Assembly: GCA_028713575.1 (NCBI GenBank)
Contig: JAQTOB010000001.1
Span: 60,001 to 92,000, forward strand
Length of the DNA stretch: 32,000 bases
Direction: 5' to 3'
From: Patescibacteria group bacterium
Lineage (GTDB): Bacteria > Patescibacteriota > Patescibacteriia > UBA2591 > UBA6264
Shown: piece by piece, positions 1 to 6,114 of the stretch
Numbering within the stretch: the first letter of the stretch is position 1
Layout: every line of letters begins with the position of its first letter
Position numbers and translations under genes: made by a program
Notes under the pieces: generated by a model
Databases searched by the model: none
What the model saw: the letters and a program-made list of their open reading frames with translations, nothing else
What the model was told of the DNA's origin: nothing

Positions 1-150
1 GCTGAAATCAGGAACTGGAAATCAGAACAGAAAATTCCTTTTAATCAGGAAGTGGAATACCAAATTCAAAAAGAAGAAAAAAATCTTTTAATCATTAAAG
101 AGGTAAAAACCCTGGTAGAACAAATGACCAAAACAAAATTGATTTCTTAA
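1..150 (+). CDS. 3' end of an unidentified CDS (partial, runs off the window start)
   Basis: Frame 1 is open from base 1 to TAA at 148-150 (AEIRNWKSEQKIPFNQ...MTKTKLIS*). A strong hairpin terminator follows immediately. It is too short to assign a function. Confidence 0.4.
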   Translation, partial: AEIRNWKSEQKIPFNQEVEYQIQKEEKNLLIIKEVKTLVEQMTKTKLIS

Positions 151-155
151 AGAAT

Positions 156-190
156 AAAAAACAAGGATTAAATTTATTTCCTTGTTTTTT
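156..190. terminator. Bidirectional rho-independent terminator between convergent genes
   Basis: Perfect 12-bp stem AAAAAACAAGGA (156-167) / TCCTTGTTTTTT (179-190) with an 11-nt loop. The A-tract on one side and T-tract on the other give a U-run on either strand. It sits between the + strand CDS ending at 150 and the - strand pilB stop at 208. Confidence 0.8.
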
Positions 191-207
191 ATTTATTTTC
201 TAAAAAA

Positions 208-1920
208 TTATTCCGCTACCCTAAAAATCTCTTCTATAGTGGTTGTTCCTTCTAAGGCCTTTAAAATTCCGTCTTGAACCATATTAATCATTCCTTGACT
301 TTGGGCCAATTCTCTCATTTTATATTCTGAAAGGTCTCCTCCTAAAATAATTTTTTCAATGCTTGCATCAATAATAAAAACCTCATAAATGCCGATTCTG
401 CCTTTATATCCTAACCCTTGACATATTTCACAGCCTTTGCCGTGATAAAATTTTAAATCATTGTTAATCTTTATTCCGGAATTCTCGGGGATTTCCGCTA
501 AAATTTTTTTTACTTTTTCCATGTCTCCCGGCGAAATAACAATCTCTTGCTTACAATTTGGACAAATTTTTCTAACTAATCGTTGTCCAATAACCGCATT
601 AATGGCCGGGGCTAAAAGATAAGGCTTAACGCCCATTGATAAAAAACGAGGAATGGCGCCGGCCGCATCATTGGTGTGTAAAGTAGAAACAACCATATGC
701 CCAGTCAAGGCGGCTTGAATGGCAATCTCAGCTGTTTCCAAATCTCTGATTTCGCCCACCATCACCACATCTGGGTCTTGACGGAGGATAGAACGAAGCC
801 CTTTGGCAAAAGTATAATCTTTTGATTTGTCAACCTGACTTTGATTAATCCCTTTCAAATGATATTCTACCGGGTCTTCTAAGGTAATAATTTTTGTCTC
901 CGGGCTGTTTAATCTATTTAAAATCGCATATAAAGTAGTCGTTTTCCCTGACCCAGTCGGACCAGTGGTAATCACCATTCCGTTTGGTCTTTCTATCTGC
1001 TGTTTTAACTTATTATTGATTTCTTCTCTAAATCCCAATTGTTCAAAACTTAAACTAGCAACAGAAGAGCGTAAAAGTCTCATTACTACGCTTTCACCAT
1101 AAGCCGTGGGAAGACAAGAAACACGAACATCAACTTTTTCTTCTGTTAAAAAAATGGTGAAACGTCCATCCTGTGGTCGGTCAACTATATTCATTTTCAA
1201 TCCGGAAATTAATTTAATACGGGAAATGATTTGTGGCCAAAATTTTTTATTAATTTCCGCAACGTCAATTAGAACTCCGTCTATTCTAAATCTAACTTTT
1301 ATTTCTTCTTCTTCGGCTTCAATGTGGATGTCTGAAGCCCTTGATTGAATAGAACTGGCTATAATTAAATTAACCAAATCAGTAATTTTCGCATTTTTAA
1401 TCTCCTGATTTAAATCCTTAAATGTTTTTATTTTACTTTTAAAAAATTCTACATCTTTAGCGGTAATTTCCACTCCCTTAATGGCTTTACTAATTTTTGG
1501 CAAAGTGGCATAACGTTGATAAACAAAATTGAAACTATGTTCAGAAATAAGATAAAGTTCTGTTTTCAGGCCATATCCTCCCTCTATTTGTTCCCTGTAT
1601 TCTGCCAGGGACGGATTATCCGGCTGAACGGAAGCCAATTTGGCCGTTTGTTCGGTCCGATAAAAACAAATTAGTTTATATTTTAAAGATTCTTCTTGAG
1701 GAATTAAACTTAAGGATTCCTGCGAAACCGGGAAATCAACCAAATTGATATATGATATGCCTATTTGTCTGGCTTGAGCGGAAATTTTTTCTTCTTTGTC
1801 CTTTAATTCAATATCAATTAATTTTTTTTGTAATTTTTCTTGGTCTTCCGACGAACTAATGTTTGGCTTTATATTTGTTGCCTTTTGACTTTGTTTTAAT
1901 AAGTCATTTATATTTAACAT
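208..1920 (-). CDS. pilB: Type II secretion / type IV pilus assembly ATPase (GspE/PilB family)
   Basis: 570 aa with an ATG start. Walker A GPTGSGKTT, Walker B-like DPDVVMVGEIRD, a His box (TGHMVVSTLHTN) and a C-terminal tetracysteine CPNC...C..C cluster typical of PilB/GspE. It has an N-terminal GspE_N-like region. Confidence 0.9.
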   Translation of the reverse strand: MLNINDLLKQSQKATNIKPNISSSEDQEKLQKKLIDIELKDKEEKISAQARQIGISYINLVDFPVSQESLSLIPQEESLKYKLICFYRTEQTAKLASVQPDNPSLAEYREQIEGGYGLKTELYLISEHSFNFVYQRYATLPKISKAIKGVEITAKDVEFFKSKIKTFKDLNQEIKNAKITDLVNLIIASSIQSRASDIHIEAEEEEIKVRFRIDGVLIDVAEINKKFWPQIISRIKLISGLKMNIVDRPQDGRFTIFLTEEKVDVRVSCLPTAYGESVVMRLLRSSVASLSFEQLGFREEINNKLKQQIERPNGMVITTGPTGSGKTTTLYAILNRLNSPETKIITLEDPVEYHLKGINQSQVDKSKDYTFAKGLRSILRQDPDVVMVGEIRDLETAEIAIQAALTGHMVVSTLHTNDAAGAIPRFLSMGVKPYLLAPAINAVIGQRLVRKICPNCKQEIVISPGDMEKVKKILAEIPENSGIKINNDLKFYHGKGCEICQGLGYKGRIGIYEVFIIDASIEKIILGGDLSEYKMRELAQSQGMINMVQDGILKALEGTTTIEEIFRVAE

Positions 1921-1922
1921 AT

Positions 1923-2789
1923 TTATTCAATTATTGATTTTGCTTCGTTAATCAATTTTATTATTTTTAATTCGCTAATTTTTGTTTTTCTCTTTAAGGT
2001 TTCGTTTTTAATCATTAACAAATCTTTACAAAAAATTATTTTTTGGAAAAAAAGTTTTTCTTTTGTCTGCCGATCCAATGACCTTAGAATGGTAATGGGA
2101 TATATTTTTTTTTCTTCTATTAAACTTTCTAAACTATTTTCTCTTGGATATTGCCACCCCAATAGCCTCATCTTTTTACATTGAGCGTATTGAATGGCCG
2201 ACTCCGAAAACTTTGTATTAGAAATTAACCAAGGGCAATCAAGTCTCTGCCCTTTATTTTCTCGCCAGGCATCATGTAAATCTAAAAATCTTGCCCAAAC
2301 ATATAAAGCCTCTTTTAATCCCGAGCGAATACCCGATTTATTGTGATATTTACATTCTACCATAAAAATCTTTCCTTTGCTATGTTCCTGTTGAATTAAA
2401 GAATTAATTTCTCTTGAAGGAGACCTGGCAATAATGTCTACTTCATGTTTGGTACAAATTCCCGAAAGTATGGGAGGAAACCAAGTTTGATAACCATAAG
2501 ACCTTAAAAGCCTAAGAATAAATTCTTCAAAAATAAAACCAGCGGGGCCTAAATCTAAAATTGCCTTTTTTAAATTATATCGCGCCGCTGTAATTGGATT
2601 TTTTTGTCTTAATAATTTTAAAATCAATTTTAAAATCTCCCTGGTTTCCATATTTTCATAAACATGTCGCGTAACTTCATTGGTAATATCATTGGCAAGA
2701 TTTTGGTCTGCCCCGGCGCGTAAACAGGTTTTTCTAATTTTTATAGGATTAAATCTAACCCTTTTGCCTGAAGCCTTAATAATATACAT
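1923..2789 (-). CDS. ATP-cone domain fused to a PD-(D/E)xK (Mrr/restriction endonuclease-like) domain
   Basis: 288 aa. The N-terminus MYIIKASGKRVRFNPIKIRKTCLRAG... has the ATP-cone pattern seen in NrdR and RNR allosteric domains. The core has HEVDIIA ... FMVECKYH, a D...E-x-K nuclease signature. Its stop codon lies 2 nt upstream of the pilB ATG. Confidence 0.7.
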   Translation of the reverse strand: MYIIKASGKRVRFNPIKIRKTCLRAGADQNLANDITNEVTRHVYENMETREILKLILKLLRQKNPITAARYNLKKAILDLGPAGFIFEEFILRLLRSYGYQTWFPPILSGICTKHEVDIIARSPSREINSLIQQEHSKGKIFMVECKYHNKSGIRSGLKEALYVWARFLDLHDAWRENKGQRLDCPWLISNTKFSESAIQYAQCKKMRLLGWQYPRENSLESLIEEKKIYPITILRSLDRQTKEKLFFQKIIFCKDLLMIKNETLKRKTKISELKIIKLINEAKSIIE

Positions 2790-2979
2790 AATGGTCGCTT
2801 TACTTCAAACCCTAATTTCTAATTTCTAAACTCTAAATAATATTCTGAATTCTAAATTTAAAAACTAAAATTCAAAATCACTTTTTCCAAATTTCACTTT
2901 TTAGAATTTTAGGATTTGAATGTTTAAATTTGTTTAGGGCCTAGAACTTATGATTTGGGACTTCCGCGCAAAATGCGGT
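2790..2979 (-). repeat. Intergenic cassette copy 1 (dnaA stop to ATP-cone gene start); related to 9501-9642
   Basis: On the minus strand it begins directly after the dnaA stop codon with ACCGCATTTTGCGCGGAAGT. This is 16/20 identical to the 20 nt directly after the proS stop. It ends TTTGAAGTAAAGCGACCATTATG, 17/23 identical to the mreB upstream end. The interior is an AT-rich low-complexity stretch with an imperfect inverted repeat (TTCAAACCCTAATTTCTAA vs TTAGAATTTTAGGATTTGAA). Confidence 0.55.
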
Positions 2980-4347
2980 TTACTGATTATACAATCTTTG
3001 TTTAATCAAATCTACTTCTTGTTTAATCCGACTGTTTATTTCTATTTCTCTTTTTATTTTTTCATAGGCGTGCATAGCCGTGGTATGGTCGCGATTACCC
3101 AATTCCTTCCCAATTAAGGGAAAAGAAGCTCTTGTTTCTTCTCTCATTAAATACATAGCAACTTGTCGCGGGGCAACCAATTCTCTTTTTCTTGAAGAGC
3201 TAATCATTTCATTTAATTGAATCCCATAAAAATTTGCCACTGTTTCAATTAATTCCTTGTTTTGGATAAAACCTCTTTTTCCATGACTCTCTAAACTGAC
3301 TAAAATATTTTTTACTAAAGATAAATCTATTTCTATTTGATGAAACTCTTGGTAAGCGATTAATTTATTAAGAGACCCCTCCAATTCCCTAACATTTCTT
3401 TGAACATGAGAAGCTAAATATTGAAGTATTTCCTCACTTAAATCACATTTTCTCTCTTGACATTTTACTCTCAGGATAGCTAACCTTGTTTCCATGTCTG
3501 GTGGTGTAATGTCAACAATCAACCCCCATCCTAGCCGTGAGGTCAAGCGCTCTTCAAGGGCCGGAATGTCCTTGGGCGTACGGTCAGAAGTAATCACTAT
3601 TTGTCTTCCGTCTTGATAAAGACTGTTAAAGGTATGAAAAAATTCTTCTTGTGTTCTATCTTTTCCTGCCATAAATTGAATGTCATCAATCAAGAAAACA
3701 TCTAATTCCCTGTAAAATTTTTTAAATTTATCAATTGTTCCGTTGCCGATAGCTTGAACAAATTCATTGGTAAATTTTTCCGCATTAGTATAAAGAATTT
3801 TTGCCTTGGGAATTTTTTCTAAAACAGCGTGTCCTATTGCCTGAAGAAGATGAGTTTTGCCCAGTCCCACGCCCCCATAAATAAAAAGCGGGTTATATTT
3901 TTTCCCCGGATTTTTAACCACTGCTTGGCAAGCGGCATAAGCCAATTCTGACCCCTTACCAACAACAAAATTTTTAAAAGTATAACAAATATTTAATCCA
4001 TAACCATTAGTTTTTGCCATCCCTTTTTCTGATATTTTTTCCAAATCAATTACTATTGGTTTTTGTTCTTTAGCGGGAAAAACTTGTTCAACATTATAAA
4101 AAACTTTTTTTACCCTATTGTCTGTCGCTCCTTGTAGGGCTTCAAGAATGGCGTGATGATATTTCTTTTCCAGCCAATTTTTGGAAAAATTATTAGGAAC
4201 ATTAACAATAACCGTTTCTCCGCTATCTTTCAATTCCGATATACTGGTATTTTGAAACCAAGTTTTAAAATTGGCCTTGGAAATTGATAATTCTAATTCC
4301 GATAAAACAATGTCCCAAAGTTGTTTTTTATTATTTATTTCCATCAT
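2980..4347 (-). CDS. dnaA: Chromosomal replication initiator DnaA
   Basis: 455 aa. AAA+ Walker A GGVGLGKTHL, Walker B FLIDDIQF, and a C-terminal DNA-binding helix region (...GNRDHTTAMHAYEKI...). Overall DnaA architecture. Confidence 0.97.
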   Translation of the reverse strand: MMEINNKKQLWDIVLSELELSISKANFKTWFQNTSISELKDSGETVIVNVPNNFSKNWLEKKYHHAILEALQGATDNRVKKVFYNVEQVFPAKEQKPIVIDLEKISEKGMAKTNGYGLNICYTFKNFVVGKGSELAYAACQAVVKNPGKKYNPLFIYGGVGLGKTHLLQAIGHAVLEKIPKAKILYTNAEKFTNEFVQAIGNGTIDKFKKFYRELDVFLIDDIQFMAGKDRTQEEFFHTFNSLYQDGRQIVITSDRTPKDIPALEERLTSRLGWGLIVDITPPDMETRLAILRVKCQERKCDLSEEILQYLASHVQRNVRELEGSLNKLIAYQEFHQIEIDLSLVKNILVSLESHGKRGFIQNKELIETVANFYGIQLNEMISSSRKRELVAPRQVAMYLMREETRASFPLIGKELGNRDHTTAMHAYEKIKREIEINSRIKQEVDLIKQRLYNQ

Positions 4348-4433
4348 AATAAAATCTAATTAATTTATAGAATAATAATAACATTAATCGCTAAAAAAAC
4401 AAATTATAAAAGGTTAATAAATTGGGGAAATTA

Positions 4434-4467
4434 TGTGGATAAATTTAATTCATCATTTTTATCCATA
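4434..4467. promoter_or_regulatory. Pair of convergent DnaA boxes in the dnaA-rpmF divergent intergenic region
   Basis: TGTGGATAA at 4434-4442 is the perfect reverse complement of the consensus TTATCCACA. TTATCCATA at 4459-4467 has one mismatch. A very AT-rich tract lies at 4348-4430. Confidence 0.6.
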
Positions 4468-4477
4468 GACTTATCGC

Positions 4478-4505
4478 TTGCAACATTACCAAAATGTGCT
4501 AAAAT
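4478..4505 (+). promoter_or_regulatory. Putative sigma-70 type promoter for rpmF-nusB
   Basis: TTGCAA (4478-4483), a 16-nt spacer ending in TGc (extended -10), then TAAAAT (4500-4505). It lies 33 nt upstream of the rpmF ATG. Confidence 0.45.
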
Positions 4506-4537
4506 ATTACCAGACTAAAATGTTAAAATGAATTTTT

Positions 4538-4762
4538 ATGGCTCTACCAACACAAAAAAGATCAAAATCTCGCAAAAAAGTCAAACAATATAAAAATCGG
4601 TTAAAAAGCAAAATTCTATCTATTTGTCCTCAGTGTAAAAAACCTCTTCTTTCTCACCATGCTTGTCCGAATTGTGGCAAGTATTCAAATAGAGAAATTT
4701 TTCAACCTCGGGCGGATAAGAAAAAAAGAAAAGAAGAAATAAAAAAAGCTAAAGAAAAATAA
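4538..4762 (+). CDS. rpmF: 50S ribosomal protein L32
   Basis: 74 aa. The MALPTQKRSKSRK N-terminus and CPQC...CPNCG zinc ribbon are typical of L32. It carries a Lys-rich C-terminal extension. Confidence 0.9.
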   Translation: MALPTQKRSKSRKKVKQYKNRLKSKILSICPQCKKPLLSHHACPNCGKYSNREIFQPRADKKKRKEEIKKAKEK

Positions 4763-4771
4763 TTTAAATTT

Positions 4772-5242
4772 ATGCCCCAAAGACATTTGGCGCGAACATT
4801 TGCTTTACAGGCGTTAGCGGAATGGGATTTTAATAAATCCATGTTAAAAATTAATCTTGAAATTGAAGAAATTATTGAACGTAATTTACGTAAAGCAGCG
4901 CCGTCCAATTTTGAAGGAAAAAATTTCTCAAAAGAATTAGTTGAGGGAGTAGTAAAAAACTTAACACAAATCAATGATTATATTAAAAAATATGCCCCTC
5001 AATGGCCATTGGAACAAATTACTTTAGTTGACCGAAACATCATTAGATTGGGGATTTTTGAATTAATTTTTTTAAAACAAACTCCGCCAAAAGTGATAAT
5101 TAACGAAGCGATAGAAATTGCCAAAACATTTGGAGAAAGAACCTCGGGCAAATTCGTCAATGGAGTTTTGGGCGCTATTTACGAAGACATAAAAATTTCA
5201 TCTAAAAAAATTAATTCGCCAACCGGCGAAACCAGTAATTAG
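4772..5242 (+). CDS. nusB: Transcription antitermination factor NusB
   Basis: 156 aa. RHLARTFALQALAEWDF at the N-terminus and the ...VDRNIIRLGIFEL...PPKVIINEAIEIAK...FVNGVL pattern are typical of NusB. Confidence 0.88.
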   Translation: MPQRHLARTFALQALAEWDFNKSMLKINLEIEEIIERNLRKAAPSNFEGKNFSKELVEGVVKNLTQINDYIKKYAPQWPLEQITLVDRNIIRLGIFELIFLKQTPPKVIINEAIEIAKTFGERTSGKFVNGVLGAIYEDIKISSKKINSPTGETSN

Positions 5243-5399
5243 TAAAAATAATTTTCCAGAAATAGAACTTTTATCCCGTCCTTAATCTCTGATTTAATTG
5301 ATTGTGTCAAACTTTAAATCAAAATTAGGTTATAAAAAATGAATTTTTATAATTGCGGCGAGATTATTTTGTTAAAAATAACTCATAATTTGGATAATT

Positions 5400-6083
5400 A
5401 TGGAAATGGAAAAATTATCTTTTCTTGAAGAAAAGCTTAAAATTAAATTTAAAGACAAAAATCTTTTAAAACAAGCATTGATTCATCGTTCTTATATTAA
5501 TGAACATTCTAATTTTAGGTTGGAACATAATGAAAGGCTTGAATTTTTAGGAGACGCTGTTTTAGAATTAATTATTACTAAATTTCTTTATAATAACTTT
5601 GATTCTCCCGAAGGAGAGCTTACTTCTTTTCGCGCCAGCCTAGTTAACACAAAAAGTCTGGCTAAAATTTCCAGGAAGTTAAAAATCAATCAATATCTAT
5701 ACCTTAGTAAGGGGGAGGAAAAACACGGTCGATCTCGAGATGCTATTCTGGCCAATGCTTTTGAGGCTTTAATTGGAGCAATTTATTTAGACCAAGGATT
5801 GACAGTAGCGGAAAAATTTATTCATCAAAATTTAATCCCTTGTTTAAAAAAAATTTTAGAAAATAAATCATATAAAGACCCAAAAAGTATATTCCAGGAA
5901 GTTTCTCAAAGTGAATTTAAAATTACTCCTACTTATAAAATAATCAATGAATCCGGACCAGATCATGCAAAAAAATTTAAAGTTGGCGTTTTCTTAAAAG
6001 AAAAAATGATTACCTTTGGAATAGGTCGAAACAAACAGGAAGCCGAATTAAGGGCGGCAAAAAAGGCCTTACAAAAAAAATAA
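5400..6083 (+). CDS. rnc: Ribonuclease III
   Basis: 227 aa. RNase III signature ERLEFLGDAVLE, a second catalytic region (NAFEALIGAIYLD) and a C-terminal dsRBD (PKSIFQE...GPDHAKKF...G.G.NKQEAELRAAKKAL). Confidence 0.95.
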   Translation: MEMEKLSFLEEKLKIKFKDKNLLKQALIHRSYINEHSNFRLEHNERLEFLGDAVLELIITKFLYNNFDSPEGELTSFRASLVNTKSLAKISRKLKINQYLYLSKGEEKHGRSRDAILANAFEALIGAIYLDQGLTVAEKFIHQNLIPCLKKILENKSYKDPKSIFQEVSQSEFKITPTYKIINESGPDHAKKFKVGVFLKEKMITFGIGRNKQEAELRAAKKALQKK

Positions 6084-6114
6084 ACGGAAAATTCTCCTTC
6101 ATTGTTTAATAAAT

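Noticed and set aside
2868-2878. The 11-mer AAATTCAAAAT occurs three times, always in intergenic DNA (2868, 19701, 19762), and could be a regulatory motif.
   Set aside because: A back-of-envelope calculation for this AT-rich composition predicts many three-fold 11-mer coincidences per 32 kb. Distances to the downstream start codons are inconsistent. It is kept only as a side note to the palindrome finding.
2964-2978. CCGC-N7-GCGG hairpins directly after the dnaA and proS stops (2964-2978, 9627-9641), considered as ordinary rho-independent terminators.
   Set aside because: The stem is only 4 bp, there is no U-tract on either strand, and the hairpin starts 1 nt from the stop codon, inside the ribosome footprint. 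Sequence conservation (16/20) is stronger than structural logic, so they are reported as a repeat family instead.
4525-4539. Exact 15-nt repeat AAAATGAATTTTTAT upstream of rpmF (4525-4539) and upstream of rnc (5336-5350).
   Set aside because: A rough estimate with ~35/35/15/15 base composition predicts several exact 15-mer pairs by chance in 32 kb. The two copies sit at different distances from their start codons: one overlaps the ATG, the other is 50 nt upstream.
5290-5321. An 8-bp inverted repeat TGATTTAA/TTAAATCA in the nusB-rnc spacer, considered as an rnc autoregulatory stem or a nusB terminator.
   Set aside because: It is almost entirely A/T, has a 16-nt loop and no U-tract, so it is easily produced by chance in this composition. 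A TTAGGT-17-TATAAT promoter-like pair (5325-5353) was also noted, but the -35 element is poor.
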